A DNA stretch of 64,000 bases from Oscillospiraceae bacterium (GCA_902782235.1 CACZML010000005.1:1091-65090), one strand, 5' to 3'. Numbered from the stretch's first letter, positions 47,079-57,906 are shown. Notes: generated from the letters alone by a model not told the origin. Numbers and translations are program-made.

Positions 47079-48872
47079 ATGTTCCAAAGTACGCTTCTTA
47101 AGCGAACAATGTCTCTTGTCGTATTGTCACTCGTGGCTTCTGCCATCCTTGCGACAATAGCATTCGTTGTTGCCGGAAGATTATCAACGATGTCTTCGGA
47201 AGTGGATAATGCTACCCAGATCGACTTAAGATATAAAGAGATCTTCACAAATCATCCTGAATATTTAGAGAGCGTTGATTTCAGGCTTTTCTTCTTTGAA
47301 TCGACCTATTCGACCGGGCATGACTACTACCTGCTAAATGCTAACAACGAGATCGTAAATGCTACTAGTCTTGAGCACAGAAGCATCGGTCCCTCTATTA
47401 CCGCAGACCTGTTCCCCTCTCTCAATTCTCATCCTTACGACGATCTTAACGGACTGCAGTTCTATATCGACGACTACAACAATGTCGTAATTTCAAGGTT
47501 CCCCGTCGTTATCTACGAGAACACCTATTATCTCTATTCGTTTACAAAGCTTGATAAGTACGAGGGTCTTATCAATAAATACCTGAATATCCTTCTTCTT
47601 TCGACTTTGATGGCAGCCTGCGCCATGCTCGTTCCTGCATATGCTTTCGTTAGCCGCATGGTACTCCCGCTTCAGAAGATCAATGAAGTCGCTATGGAAT
47701 ACGGTAAAGGAAACTTCAGCATCAGAGCCGATGAATCTCATAAAGGCGAGATCGGTGAGCTCGGCCAGTCTTTCAACTTCCTGGCAGACAGACTTTCTAA
47801 ATCTATCAGTGACCTTACGGCGGAACGTAACCAGCTGCAGGATATTTTCGATGTCATTTCAGACGGTATCGTAGTTGTAGACAGCAAAGCTGTTCCCGTC
47901 ACGACAAACAAGGCTATCCATAAGATCTTTGACCGTGCTGAGAAGAACAACATGTTCACGGAAAGACTTCAGCTCATTCCTTTCGATGACGTCTGGTCAG
48001 ACTTTGAAGAATGCATTGCGACCGGCGAGACAAAGACAAGACAGATCGATACAAGAGACTACGCTTACCAGTGCACGATCATTCCTAAATACGATTCTAC
48101 CGACAACACCAAGGTTATTGGCGCTACAGGCTTCATCCGTGACATCTTCGAAGAACAGAAGAACGAGAGATTCCGTCAGGACTATGTTGCGAATATCTCG
48201 CACGAGCTCCGTACTCCTCTTCAGACATTAAGAGGTCTTATCGAGCCTCTCTCAGACGGCATGGTAAAGAAAGAATCTGACCGTCAGCGTTATTATCAGA
48301 TCATCCTGAACGAGACAATGAGACTTTCCCGTCTTATCGACGACATGTTAGAGCTCTCCAAGCTCCAGTCGAGAACACTCGCCTTTAAGATGTTCCCGTT
48401 CAACCTGAACAACCTTATCTCCAATATCGAGATCAGATTCAAGCCCATCATGAAGGAAGCCGGCATCAAGTTCTCCGTCCAGAACAACTATGGCGAACTT
48501 CCTACGGTTATGGGTAACCCTGACCGTGTTGAGCAGATCCTCGTAATCCTTCTCGACAATGCGAAAAAGTACACCCCTAACGGCAAGAGCATCACGATCC
48601 TTACCGACTATATCGAAGCTGAGAAGAAGGTATATATCTCTGTTGCAGATACAGGCCAAGGCATCCATGAATACGATATCGGCCATATCTTCGACAGATT
48701 CTTTAAGGCAGACAGAGCCCGCGGCAAGAAGGGTTCCGGACTTGGTCTTTCTATCGCCAAAGAGCTTCTTACATACATGGGTGAAACAATCACCGTTGAC
48801 AGCAAGTATGAGGAAGGCTCAACCTTCACATTCACTTTGACAAAGGCAGAGGTTCCTGATGTCTGGGACTGA
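47079..48872 (+). CDS. Sensor histidine kinase (2 TM, HAMP, PAS-like, HisKA, HATPase)
   Basis: EIGELGQSFN HAMP, ANISHELRTPL H-box, N-box LLDNAKKY, DTGQG and GSGLGLSI. Confidence 0.95.
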   Translation: MFQSTLLKRTMSLVVLSLVASAILATIAFVVAGRLSTMSSEVDNATQIDLRYKEIFTNHPEYLESVDFRLFFFESTYSTGHDYYLLNANNEIVNATSLEHRSIGPSITADLFPSLNSHPYDDLNGLQFYIDDYNNVVISRFPVVIYENTYYLYSFTKLDKYEGLINKYLNILLLSTLMAACAMLVPAYAFVSRMVLPLQKINEVAMEYGKGNFSIRADESHKGEIGELGQSFNFLADRLSKSISDLTAERNQLQDIFDVISDGIVVVDSKAVPVTTNKAIHKIFDRAEKNNMFTERLQLIPFDDVWSDFEECIATGETKTRQIDTRDYAYQCTIIPKYDSTDNTKVIGATGFIRDIFEEQKNERFRQDYVANISHELRTPLQTLRGLIEPLSDGMVKKESDRQRYYQIILNETMRLSRLIDDMLELSKLQSRTLAFKMFPFNLNNLISNIEIRFKPIMKEAGIKFSVQNNYGELPTVMGNPDRVEQILVILLDNAKKYTPNGKSITILTDYIEAEKKVYISVADTGQGIHEYDIGHIFDRFFKADRARGKKGSGLGLSIAKELLTYMGETITVDSKYEEGSTFTFTLTKAEVPDVWD

Positions 48873-49569
48873 TTCCGAAGGCATAAGGCTGAACAAATAT
48901 ATTGCTTCATCCGGTCTTTGCTCAAGACGCGAAGCTGATACTCTCATCGAGAATGGAAAAGTAACCATTAATGGTGTTGTTGCTCTTCAGGGCAGCAAAG
49001 TTCTTGATGGTGATGTAGTAGAAGTTAACGGTCGTAAAGTCACACCCGAAGACGACATGGTCTATATTGCTTTCAATAAGCCTCTTGGCATCACATGCAC
49101 CACAGACACAAGAGACCCTTCAAACATAATAGATTACATAGGTTTTGATGACCGCATCTTCCCTGTAGGACGCCTTGATAAGAATTCATCAGGTCTTATC
49201 CTTCTTACCAATGACGGCTCTATCGTAAACAAGCTCCTCCGTGCTGAAAACGGGCACGAGAAGGAATATCTTGTAACCGTGAACCGCCCTTACGACAAAG
49301 CATTCATCAAATCAATGGAATCAGGCGTTCCGGTATTGGGACAGCTGACTCTTCCCTGCAAACTTAAGCCTGCCGGAGACAGGACTTTTAAGATAATCCT
49401 TCACCAGGGATTGAACCGCCAGATCAGAAGGATGTGCGAATACTTAGGCTACAAGGTTACAAAGCTTAAGAGGATCAGGTTCATGAACATAAATCTGGGG
49501 GATCTTGAGACCGGAAAATGGCGTTATCTGACACCTGCCGAGAAAAAGGAATTATTAAAAGACATTTAA
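48859..49569 (+). CDS. RsuA/RluF family pseudouridine synthase with S4 domain
   Basis: RLNKYIASSGLCSRREAD, NKPLG, GRLDKNSSGL, HEKEY and GLNRQIRRM. Confidence 0.92.
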   Translation: MSGTDSEGIRLNKYIASSGLCSRREADTLIENGKVTINGVVALQGSKVLDGDVVEVNGRKVTPEDDMVYIAFNKPLGITCTTDTRDPSNIIDYIGFDDRIFPVGRLDKNSSGLILLTNDGSIVNKLLRAENGHEKEYLVTVNRPYDKAFIKSMESGVPVLGQLTLPCKLKPAGDRTFKIILHQGLNRQIRRMCEYLGYKVTKLKRIRFMNINLGDLETGKWRYLTPAEKKELLKDI

Positions 49570-49607
49570 AAAGGCTGCCTCAATTGCAAATTGAGACAGC
49601 CTTTAAA
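49569..49607. terminator. Bidirectional intrinsic terminator
   Basis: AAAGGCTG.CTCAATT-gca-AATTGAG.CAGCCTTT between convergent genes. Confidence 0.85.
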
Positions 49608-49624
49608 GTAAAAGCACAAATTAA

Positions 49625-50434
49625 TTATTCTTCAGATTTCTCTTCGGACTTTTCTTCAGCTTCCTCAGCCGCTTCTTCAACGGCTTCTTTAGCTTCCTCT
49701 GTTGCTTCTTCTGCAACTTCCTCAGCTTCCTTGGCAGCCTCAGCAGCAGCTTCCTCAGCTCTCTTCTTAGCTTCAGCCTCTTCTTCAGCCTTCTTCTCAG
49801 CCTTTGTCTCTTCGATTACGGCGTCGATATCAGTAGAACCCTTGTCAGCCTCGTCCTTCTCATAGTAGAACTTAACCTTGTCCTTGCTGTTTCTGGCACC
49901 ATAAGCCTCAGCGATTGCAAATGCCTCGTCACGGAGCTGCTTGAAATCATCAAGAGATTCGAGATCTGATGAAGATGTCTGATAGCAAGCATCCTCGAAA
50001 ACATCGTCAAGTACGAGATAGAATGTCTCATCCTTCTTGAAGTTCTTGTCAATGAGAGCTTCAGCCTGATCCGGTGAACCGTCTCTTCCGTCGAAGTTCT
50101 CGAAAGGAATTGCGATCTTGCTATAACGATATCTCAAAACAACGTTCTTCTCGTTGTAATCAACAGCAACACGGAACTTGGCAATAAGGAATGACTGAGC
50201 GAATACAAGAATGCTGATGATCGCGCTTAAGCCGCCAACCACGAGCAATGCAAGTTTAACGATGTTGTCGCTGACCTTAAGAAGTCCGATAAGTACGAGG
50301 AATACGCCAAGTACGAAGAAGATAACAGAAAGGATCCTGTTTCTTGCAATCTTCGAAGCGTTAGCCGGGTAGCAATGGACACCATCTTTTGGGAGCTTCT
50401 CAATCAGTTCTTTGTTTCCGAGTTCATTATCCAT
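49625..50434 (-). CDS. Hypothetical membrane protein with Glu/Ala-rich C-terminal tail
   Basis: Two N-terminal TM helices, a soluble domain and a low-complexity acidic tail; GGAGG RBS. Confidence 0.75.
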   Translation of the reverse strand: MDNELGNKELIEKLPKDGVHCYPANASKIARNRILSVIFFVLGVFLVLIGLLKVSDNIVKLALLVVGGLSAIISILVFAQSFLIAKFRVAVDYNEKNVVLRYRYSKIAIPFENFDGRDGSPDQAEALIDKNFKKDETFYLVLDDVFEDACYQTSSSDLESLDDFKQLRDEAFAIAEAYGARNSKDKVKFYYEKDEADKGSTDIDAVIEETKAEKKAEEEAEAKKRAEEAAAEAAKEAEEVAEEATEEAKEAVEEAAEEAEEKSEEKSEE

Positions 50435-50450
50435 AATAACTCCTCCTTGT

Positions 50451-53105
50451 TTATTTGCTCAAAACCTCTATTCTATCCGAAAGATTAGCATACATTTCTT
50501 CATACTTTGCGAGCTTTGCTCTCTCCTGCTCAACTACTGCAGCGGGAGCCTTGCTTACAAATGATTCATTGGAGAGCTTGCCGTTAAGGCGCTTGATCTC
50601 ACCGTCAAGACGGGTCTTTTCCTTATCAAGTCTTTCGAGCTCTTTAGCGATATCAATAAGGTCTTCCAAAGGAATGTAGATCTCACCGCCGCCGAATACT
50701 GCCTGAACAGCTGTAGACGGGATGCCTTCCTTTGTTGCTCTTGTCTCAAGGCTGCTTACGGAAGCGAGTCTCTCGAGGAAGCCCTCACCCTGGGTAAACA
50801 TATCAGCGATCTTATCAGATGTTGTAACTACGATGATGTGAGCCTTACGTGAAGGAGCAACGTCCATATTCTTACGTACTGCACGGATGCCTCTGATAGC
50901 AGAGATCATGGTATTCATCATCTCAGCATCTTCTGCACTTGCCATTACCTTATCAGCTTCAGGCCAGTCTGCGATCATGATTGATTCAGCCTTATCAGCA
51001 ACTACGAGGTTGGAGTAAACTTCCTCTGTAATGAAAGGCATGAAAGGATGCAGGAGCTTCATAGCTTCGCTCAAAACATAGTTGAGGAGATAGATAGCAT
51101 TATTTCTTGTCTTGCAGTCCTTATCGTAAAGTCTGCTCTTTGTGATCTCGATATACCAGTCGCAGAAGTTGTCCCAGAGGAAATCAACGATCTTGCTCAG
51201 AGCAACGCCGAACTCATAGTTATCAAGGTTAACTGTTGCTTCAGCGATAAGATCGTGGAGCTCTGTTAAGATCCACTTGTCTTCTGTTGTGAAGATGGAC
51301 TCATCAACCAGATCAGGAGTGAAATCGTCGTCTGTATTCATGACAACGAATCTCATGGCATTCCAGATCTTATTAGAAAGGTTACGGCCCATTAAGATCT
51401 TATCTTCCTGGAATCTCTGGTCATTACCCGGAGCGTTACCAGTAACAAGAGCAAATCTCAAAGCATCGCAGCCGTTCTGCTCGATGACTTCAAGAGGATC
51501 GATTCCGTTGCCCAAAGACTTACTCATCTTTCTGCCCTGTGAGTCTCTTACAAGACCGTGAATGAGAACATCTCTGAACGGAACATCGTCCATATGTGCA
51601 AGACCTGCAACGATCATTCTGGAAACCCAGAATGTGATGATGTCATAACCTGTTACGAGTGTGTCTGTAGGATAGAACTTAGCAAGATCCTCAGTCTTCT
51701 CAGGCCATCCCATTGTGGAGAAAGGCCAGAGTGCTGATGAGAACCATGTATCAAGAGTATCCGGATCCTGACGCATCTCCTTGCCGCACTTAGGGCATGT
51801 GCATGAAGATTCCTTTGTAACAACTAACTCACCGCAGTCATCACAATAGAAAGCAGGGATCCTGTGACCCCACCAGAGCTGTCTGGAGATACACCAGTCT
51901 CTGATGTCTTCCATCCAGTTGAAGTAATTCTTAGAGAATCTCTCAGGTACGAATCTGATGGAACCGTTTCTTACTGCCTCAATAGCAGGCTTAGCGAGTT
52001 CTTCCATCTTAACGAACCACTGGAGTGATACACGGGGTTCGATCGTTGTGCCGCATCTGTAGCATGTGCCTACATTATGAGAATAATCTTCGATCTCTGT
52101 AAGGAATCCGCCCTCTTCGAGATCCTTTACGATTGCTTCTCTTGCTTCGTATCTGTCCATGCCTGCATACTTCGGATAATCCTCAGTGATCTTGGCATCT
52201 TCTGTAAGAACAGTGATTACCTCAAGGCCATGGCGCTGTCCGACTTCAAAGTCATTAGGGTCATGTGCAGGTGTGATCTTAACGGCACCTGTACCAAATT
52301 CGATATCAACATAATCATCAGCGATAACAGGGATCTTACGGCCGACAAGAGGCAGAATGAGCATCTTGCCGATAACATCCTTATAACGCTCGTCCTTAGG
52401 GTTAACAGCAACAGCTGTATCGCCTAAAAGTGTCTCAGGTCTTGTTGTAGCAAGGTCGATATATCCTGTGCCGTCCTCGAAAGGATATCTTAAGTGCCAG
52501 AAATGACCAGCCTGATCAGCATAATCAACCTCAGCATTGGAGATCGATGTAAGGCAGTGAGGACACCAGTTGATGATCCTCTCGCCTCTGTAGATCAAGC
52601 CCTGATTATAGTATTTAACAAATACTTCCTTAACTGCATCAGAGCATCCTTCATCCATCGTGAAGCGCTCTTTTGACCAGTCGCAGGAAGATCCGATCTT
52701 TTTTAACTGCTCAACGATCCTGCCGCCGTACTGCTCTTTCCATGCCCATGCTCTCTCAAGGAACTTATCGCGTCCCAAGTCATCCTTGGTGATGCCTTCC
52801 TTACGCATAGCCTCAACGATCTTAGCCTCTGTAGCGATAGAAGCGTGGTCAGTACCGGGAAGCCACAGTGTCTCGTAGCCGGCCATTCTCTTATATCTTG
52901 TGAGGGTATCCTGCAAAGTGTTATCCAATGCGTGACCCATGTGGAGCTGACCTGTGATGTTCGGCGGGGGCATGACGATAGAGAACTTCTTCCCTGTCTT
53001 GCCTGCCTTAGGCTGGAAATAGTTGCTTGTCATCCACTTTGTATAAAGCCTTGTCTCGGCTTCATTAGGATCAAACGCCTTGCTGATTGAATCAATTCTT
53101 GCCAT
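50451..53105 (-). CDS. valS: Valine--tRNA ligase
   Basis: PPPNITG.LHMGH, DWCISRQLWWGH, KMSKS and a C-terminal coiled coil. Confidence 0.97.
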   Translation of the reverse strand: MARIDSISKAFDPNEAETRLYTKWMTSNYFQPKAGKTGKKFSIVMPPPNITGQLHMGHALDNTLQDTLTRYKRMAGYETLWLPGTDHASIATEAKIVEAMRKEGITKDDLGRDKFLERAWAWKEQYGGRIVEQLKKIGSSCDWSKERFTMDEGCSDAVKEVFVKYYNQGLIYRGERIINWCPHCLTSISNAEVDYADQAGHFWHLRYPFEDGTGYIDLATTRPETLLGDTAVAVNPKDERYKDVIGKMLILPLVGRKIPVIADDYVDIEFGTGAVKITPAHDPNDFEVGQRHGLEVITVLTEDAKITEDYPKYAGMDRYEAREAIVKDLEEGGFLTEIEDYSHNVGTCYRCGTTIEPRVSLQWFVKMEELAKPAIEAVRNGSIRFVPERFSKNYFNWMEDIRDWCISRQLWWGHRIPAFYCDDCGELVVTKESSCTCPKCGKEMRQDPDTLDTWFSSALWPFSTMGWPEKTEDLAKFYPTDTLVTGYDIITFWVSRMIVAGLAHMDDVPFRDVLIHGLVRDSQGRKMSKSLGNGIDPLEVIEQNGCDALRFALVTGNAPGNDQRFQEDKILMGRNLSNKIWNAMRFVVMNTDDDFTPDLVDESIFTTEDKWILTELHDLIAEATVNLDNYEFGVALSKIVDFLWDNFCDWYIEITKSRLYDKDCKTRNNAIYLLNYVLSEAMKLLHPFMPFITEEVYSNLVVADKAESIMIADWPEADKVMASAEDAEMMNTMISAIRGIRAVRKNMDVAPSRKAHIIVVTTSDKIADMFTQGEGFLERLASVSSLETRATKEGIPSTAVQAVFGGGEIYIPLEDLIDIAKELERLDKEKTRLDGEIKRLNGKLSNESFVSKAPAAVVEQERAKLAKYEEMYANLSDRIEVLSK

Positions 53106-53127
53106 AACTTCTTTTTAAAACCCTCTC

Positions 53128-54084
53128 TTACTTCTTTATCATTGAAAGCGCACCATAGAGGATGGAATCATCTCCCAGTGCAGCTTTCTTAAAATCAACT
53201 GTAGTTCTGATCGAAGGCATGCAGTATCTGTCTACCTCTGCCAGGATCTTCTCGATAAAAATGTCACCGACTGCTTCAATGACACCGCCGCCATACACAA
53301 CAACATCAGGGCTGAATGTATTTACAAGGTTGCCTGATGCGATCGCAAGATAGTGACATGCACGGTTTACGGCTTCTCTTGCAACTGTATCGCCTTCTGC
53401 TAAAGCATTCTTAAGAGCCTTGGACTTGAATACGCCGTCAGCTACTGCTTCAGCCATTGAAGACTTTCTGCCTCTTGATACCTGCTGTCTGATATATGAA
53501 GACATACCCTGCTTGCTGGAGAATGCCTCAAGGCAGCCTCTCTGTCCGCAGTTGCACAAAGGTCCCTCTGGATCGAGTATCATGTGACCGTACTCAGCTG
53601 CCTTAAACTCATTGCCCGTAAAGAGCTCGCCGTTAAGGATCAGTCCGCCGCCCATGCCTGTGCCGACAAAAAGGCCGACAACATTCTTGTAGCCTTTAGC
53701 TGCGCCGTACTTATACTCACCAAGTACACCGACATTAACGTCATTACCGATATAGAAAGGACAACCGAACTCCTTCTCAATGGGCTTTCTGATGTTGTAG
53801 TTTCTCCACGGGAGATTTGGTGAGAAAAGGACAACGCCTGTCTCCTGATTAATAACACCGGGAGCGCCTGCAGCGATTGCATGGATGTCGCTCTTCTTGA
53901 TGCCGGATGTATTTATAAGCTCTCTTACGACGTTGATGATGACTTCTTCAACGTTCTCAGAGGAATCACCGCCGGCTTTAGTCTTTTTCTTAAGTCTGTA
54001 CACGATTTCTTTCTTGGAGTTGAACACAACGCCAAGTACCTTGGTACCACCGATATCAAGACAAAGATTATAAGATTCTGCCAT
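53128..54084 (-). CDS. ROK family sugar kinase (glucokinase-like)
   Basis: LDIGGTK, NDVN, GTGMGGG, EYGH and CNCGQRGCLE. Confidence 0.92.
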   Translation of the reverse strand: MAESYNLCLDIGGTKVLGVVFNSKKEIVYRLKKKTKAGGDSSENVEEVIINVVRELINTSGIKKSDIHAIAAGAPGVINQETGVVLFSPNLPWRNYNIRKPIEKEFGCPFYIGNDVNVGVLGEYKYGAAKGYKNVVGLFVGTGMGGGLILNGELFTGNEFKAAEYGHMILDPEGPLCNCGQRGCLEAFSSKQGMSSYIRQQVSRGRKSSMAEAVADGVFKSKALKNALAEGDTVAREAVNRACHYLAIASGNLVNTFSPDVVVYGGGVIEAVGDIFIEKILAEVDRYCMPSIRTTVDFKKAALGDDSILYGALSMIKK

Positions 54085-54126
54085 AGATTAATTCCTCCTT
54101 GTAATAGTCTTTTTGGTTACTGCTTA

Positions 54127-55455
54127 TCAGCTGACGCCTAAAGCTGCATTGTTAGAATTTGATTCACCGAAGCCGCGCTCCTGAGTGCCGTTCTTGTAGA
54201 TGAGCACAGGCTGCTTGCCTTCGACGATAGTCTCTTTCTTGATGATGCATTCCTTAACATCCTTCTCGGAAGGAACGTTATACATGACATCTCTCATTGC
54301 GCCTTCGATGATGGATCTTAAGCCTCTTGCACCTGTATTCTGCTCGATAGCCTTCTCAGCGATGGCTCTTATTGCGTCTTCTTCGAAAACGAGATCAACA
54401 TCATCCATCTTAAGCATCTTCTGATACTGCTTGATGATAGCGTTCTTAGGTTCAGTAAGAACCTTAACGAGAGCTTCTGTATCGAGCTTATCCAGAGCAA
54501 CGGTAACAGGAAGACGTCCGATAAACTCAGGGATAAGGCCGAACTTCATGAGGTCGTCAGGCTTAACATCGTGGAAATAGAAGCCGCTGTTACGGTCCTT
54601 CTTGGACTGGACCTCAGCACCAAAACCGTACTGCTTCTGCTCTACTCTCTGTGCAATGATCTCATCGAGGCCGTCGAATGCGCCGCCTACGATGAAGAGG
54701 ATATTTGTTGTATCGATCTTGATGCATTCCTCATTAGGATGCTTTCTGCCGCCCTTCGGGGGAACATTTGCAACTGTGCTCTCAAGGATCTTAAGAAGTG
54801 CCTGCTGAACGCCCTCGCCGCTTACGTCACGTGTGATTGAGACATTCTCGGACTTCTTTGTAATCTTATCGATCTCGTCGATATAAACGATACCTGTCTG
54901 GGCACGCTCAATATCGTAGTCAGCTGCAATGATGAGCTTTAAAAGGATATTCTCAACGTCTTCACCGACGTAACCTGCCTGTGTAAGGCTTGTGGCATCA
55001 GCTACTGCAAAAGGAACATTAAGGATCCTTGCAAGTGTCTGTGCGAGGAGTGTCTTACCGGAACCTGTAGGTCCCAAAAGCAGGATATTACTCTTGGAGA
55101 TCTCAGTATCATCAGCAGGAAGATCGGAATAAACTCTCTTGTAATGGTTATAAACTGCAACAGAAAGAGCGATCTTAGCTTCATCCTGACCGATAACATA
55201 CCAGTCAAGCTTCTCCTTGATCTCATGGGGAGTAACAAGCTTCTTAGGCTTGATGCTGCGCATCTTGCGCTTCTTACTGACCTTCTCTTCTTCAGCTACG
55301 ATTCCATATGCTGTTCTGATACAGTCGATGCAGATATAGCAATTGAAACCGGAGAAGAGTCTCGGTACTTCATATTCGGATTTTCCGCAGAAAGAACAAC
55401 TCAAGACTTCTCTTGAATCACCGCCGCCGTAGTTGCCGTTCTTAGAATTAGCCAT
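54127..55455 (-). CDS. clpX: ATP-dependent Clp protease ATP-binding subunit ClpX
   Basis: CSFCGK Zn domain, [36 protein letters not shown] and TGARGLR. Confidence 0.97.
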   Translation of the reverse strand: MANSKNGNYGGGDSREVLSCSFCGKSEYEVPRLFSGFNCYICIDCIRTAYGIVAEEEKVSKKRKMRSIKPKKLVTPHEIKEKLDWYVIGQDEAKIALSVAVYNHYKRVYSDLPADDTEISKSNILLLGPTGSGKTLLAQTLARILNVPFAVADATSLTQAGYVGEDVENILLKLIIAADYDIERAQTGIVYIDEIDKITKKSENVSITRDVSGEGVQQALLKILESTVANVPPKGGRKHPNEECIKIDTTNILFIVGGAFDGLDEIIAQRVEQKQYGFGAEVQSKKDRNSGFYFHDVKPDDLMKFGLIPEFIGRLPVTVALDKLDTEALVKVLTEPKNAIIKQYQKMLKMDDVDLVFEEDAIRAIAEKAIEQNTGARGLRSIIEGAMRDVMYNVPSEKDVKECIIKKETIVEGKQPVLIYKNGTQERGFGESNSNNAALGVS

Positions 55456-55583
55456 TAAAAATCTCCTAAAAAATGATATTTTTAGTCATGATATTTTATC
55501 ACTACCTGCCATTTTAACAAATAATATATATATAAATTATTTCAAAATGGTGATAATTTGGCTCTGATCAGGCAATTTTGGGG

Positions 55584-56030
55584 TTAAATGTCCGCAGAAT
55601 CGAGGATAACTGTAAACGGACCGTCGTTTATAAGGCTGACCTGCATATCGGCACCGAAGACACCGAGCCCGAGATTTTTGACCTGGGGCCTGATCTTATC
55701 AGCAACATAGTTATAGAGCTCTTCTGCCCTCTGAGGTCCCATACTGTTAGTAAAAGACGGCCTGTTTCCGTGCCTGCAGTCAGCATACAAAGTGAACTGG
55801 GATACAAGGAGCATCTCGCCTTCAATATCAGCAAGACTTAAGTTTGTCTTTCCGTCAGCGTCAGAAAAAATGCGCATCTTAAGGAGCTTTGCGATCATCT
55901 TATCGGCAACTGCTTCATCATCATCCTTGCCGACACCAAGCAAAACAAGCATTCCGGGACCTATGGAGGACACCGTACTGCCGTCGATAGTAACTGAAGC
56001 CTGCTTTACAACCTGTATGCAAAATCTCAT
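55584..56030 (-). CDS. dtd: D-aminoacyl-tRNA deacylase (start placed at ATG 56030)
   Basis: KMRIFSD..GK.N, VSQFTLYAD, FGADM and NDGPFT (Gly-cisPro). Confidence 0.93.
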   Translation of the reverse strand: MRFCIQVVKQASVTIDGSTVSSIGPGMLVLLGVGKDDDEAVADKMIAKLLKMRIFSDADGKTNLSLADIEGEMLLVSQFTLYADCRHGNRPSFTNSMGPQRAEELYNYVADKIRPQVKNLGLGVFGADMQVSLINDGPFTVILDSADI

Positions 56031-56031
56031 A

Positions 56032-56571
56032 TCAGAACCCCGCGTTTTCCGTAAACAGTTCGTACATATACCAGTTGCCGCCCTTTTCGTAGACAAGGAA
56101 ATAGAACTCATTGATCCTGCTTGAGTTCTCATTCATGAACTGTACCCGGATCTTCTGGATCTGGATCTGTCCGACTTCACTGTATTCGAATCCGGTTGCA
56201 AAGCAGATCTTAGATCTCATAGTAGCGACGTCAAAGCCGTTCTCTACAGTGCAGTCCTTGAAACCTGCAGATGCCGAACCCATGAATGTTCCGCCAAGAT
56301 TCATCGTATTCTTATATTGCTCGAAAATATCTCCTCCGGCAGCCTTATCCAAATCATCGGCATATCCTTCAGGGAAACAGTGATCGAACATGTTCTCGTC
56401 ATATGTATACATCGACTCGAAAAAGCCTCTGGCTACATATTTGCCGTCAGTATTAAGCTGTTCCATCGTAACAAAATCCTCAGCCGTAAACGGATCGGGC
56501 TTAGAAGTACAACCAGCAAAAATCATAACGGTAAGACAAATAGAAATCAGGACTGCAATTGTTTTACGCAT
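56032..56571 (-). CDS. Hypothetical lipoprotein (179 aa)
   Basis: IFAGC lipobox; C-terminal YEKGGNWY suggests an NTF2-like fold (inference). Confidence 0.65.
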   Translation of the reverse strand: MRKTIAVLISICLTVMIFAGCTSKPDPFTAEDFVTMEQLNTDGKYVARGFFESMYTYDENMFDHCFPEGYADDLDKAAGGDIFEQYKNTMNLGGTFMGSASAGFKDCTVENGFDVATMRSKICFATGFEYSEVGQIQIQKIRVQFMNENSSRINEFYFLVYEKGGNWYMYELFTENAGF

Positions 56572-57874
56572 TTCCTCTCTCCTGTTCGATCATTTTCTTT
56601 ACATAGTCGAGATATTCATTCACTTTGCGCTCATAACCGATATCGGTAGGCTTGTAGTACTGCTTGCCTATCGTCTTATCTGTCATATACTGCTGCTCAG
56701 TGATATGTCCCGGGAAGTCGTGGGGATACTTATATCCTACGCTGTAGCCAAGCTCTTCCATGCCCTTTGCGGGAGCATTTCGAAGATGCATGGGAACAAC
56801 ACCTGTATCTGTATTCTGAACGTCTCTTAAAGCGTCTCCGATAGCCAGATATGAAGCATTTGACTTAGGAGATGTGGCAACTGTTATAGCGGCTTCAGCA
56901 AGAGGGATCCTTGCCTCAGGCATTCCCACTGCCCTGGCGCATTCATAAGCTGCAACAGCAACTAAAAGAGCATTCGGATTGGCCATTCCGACATCTTCAG
57001 ATGCACAGATCATGATCCTTCTTGCAAGGAATTCAATGTCCTCACCGGCAGCCAAAGCTCTTGCCAGATAAAGAACTGCGGCATTGGGATCAGAGCCTCT
57101 CATGGACTTGATCATGGCACTGATATTGTCGTAATGGTATTCGCCGTCCTTATCAAATAAAACGGTCTTGGTCTGTATGCACTCCTTCATTACCTCATCG
57201 GTTATGACAACTGAACCGTCAGATGAAGGCGGAGTGGTTATAACGGCTAATTCAATGCTGTTTAAAGCCGTTCTGGCATCGCCGTTGGATGTCTCAGCGA
57301 TCTTAATGAGAGTCTCATCGGATATCTTTACATCCATCGTACCAAAACCTCTTTCCTTGTCGGTTATGGCATTCTTAAGGATCTTAACGATGTCCTTTGC
57401 TTCAAGAGGCTTTAACTGGCATACGGTCGATCTGGATACGAGAGCCTTGTTTACTTCAAAGAACGGGTTCTCTGTAGTAGCTCCGATAAGTATGACCGTA
57501 CCGTCTTCAACGAACGGCAAAAGCGCATCCTGCTGAAGCTTATTGAACCTGTGGATCTCATCGATAAAAAGAACCGTTTTGCGGCCTTCTGAAAGAAGCG
57601 GATTAGATGCGTCGGATACGATCTTCTTGATGTCTGAAACGCCCGCAGTTACTGCGTTTAACTGCTCAAACCTCGAACTCGTCGTATTAGCGATGACTCT
57701 TGCCAGAGCGGTCTTTCCGACTCCCGGAGGACCAAACAAAATGATCGAAGACAGTCTGTCTGCCTCGATCATTCGTCTGAGCATTTTTCCTTTGCCGATT
57801 ATGTGCTCCTGACCCGCATAGTCATCCAACGTCTGGGGAGACATTCTGTATGCTAACGGTTTACTGTTATCCAT
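56564..57874 (-). CDS. rarA: Replication-associated recombination protein A (AAA+)
   Basis: PLAYRMSP, GPPGVGKT, FIDEIHRFNKLQQD, ATTENP, KSMRGSD and Y.YPHD. Confidence 0.95.
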   Translation of the reverse strand: MDNSKPLAYRMSPQTLDDYAGQEHIIGKGKMLRRMIEADRLSSIILFGPPGVGKTALARVIANTTSSRFEQLNAVTAGVSDIKKIVSDASNPLLSEGRKTVLFIDEIHRFNKLQQDALLPFVEDGTVILIGATTENPFFEVNKALVSRSTVCQLKPLEAKDIVKILKNAITDKERGFGTMDVKISDETLIKIAETSNGDARTALNSIELAVITTPPSSDGSVVITDEVMKECIQTKTVLFDKDGEYHYDNISAMIKSMRGSDPNAAVLYLARALAAGEDIEFLARRIMICASEDVGMANPNALLVAVAAYECARAVGMPEARIPLAEAAITVATSPKSNASYLAIGDALRDVQNTDTGVVPMHLRNAPAKGMEELGYSVGYKYPHDFPGHITEQQYMTDKTIGKQYYKPTDIGYERKVNEYLDYVKKMIEQERGNA

Positions 57875-57906
57875 AGGTCAGGTGCTGCAAGCTTTACGCC
57901 TGGTAA

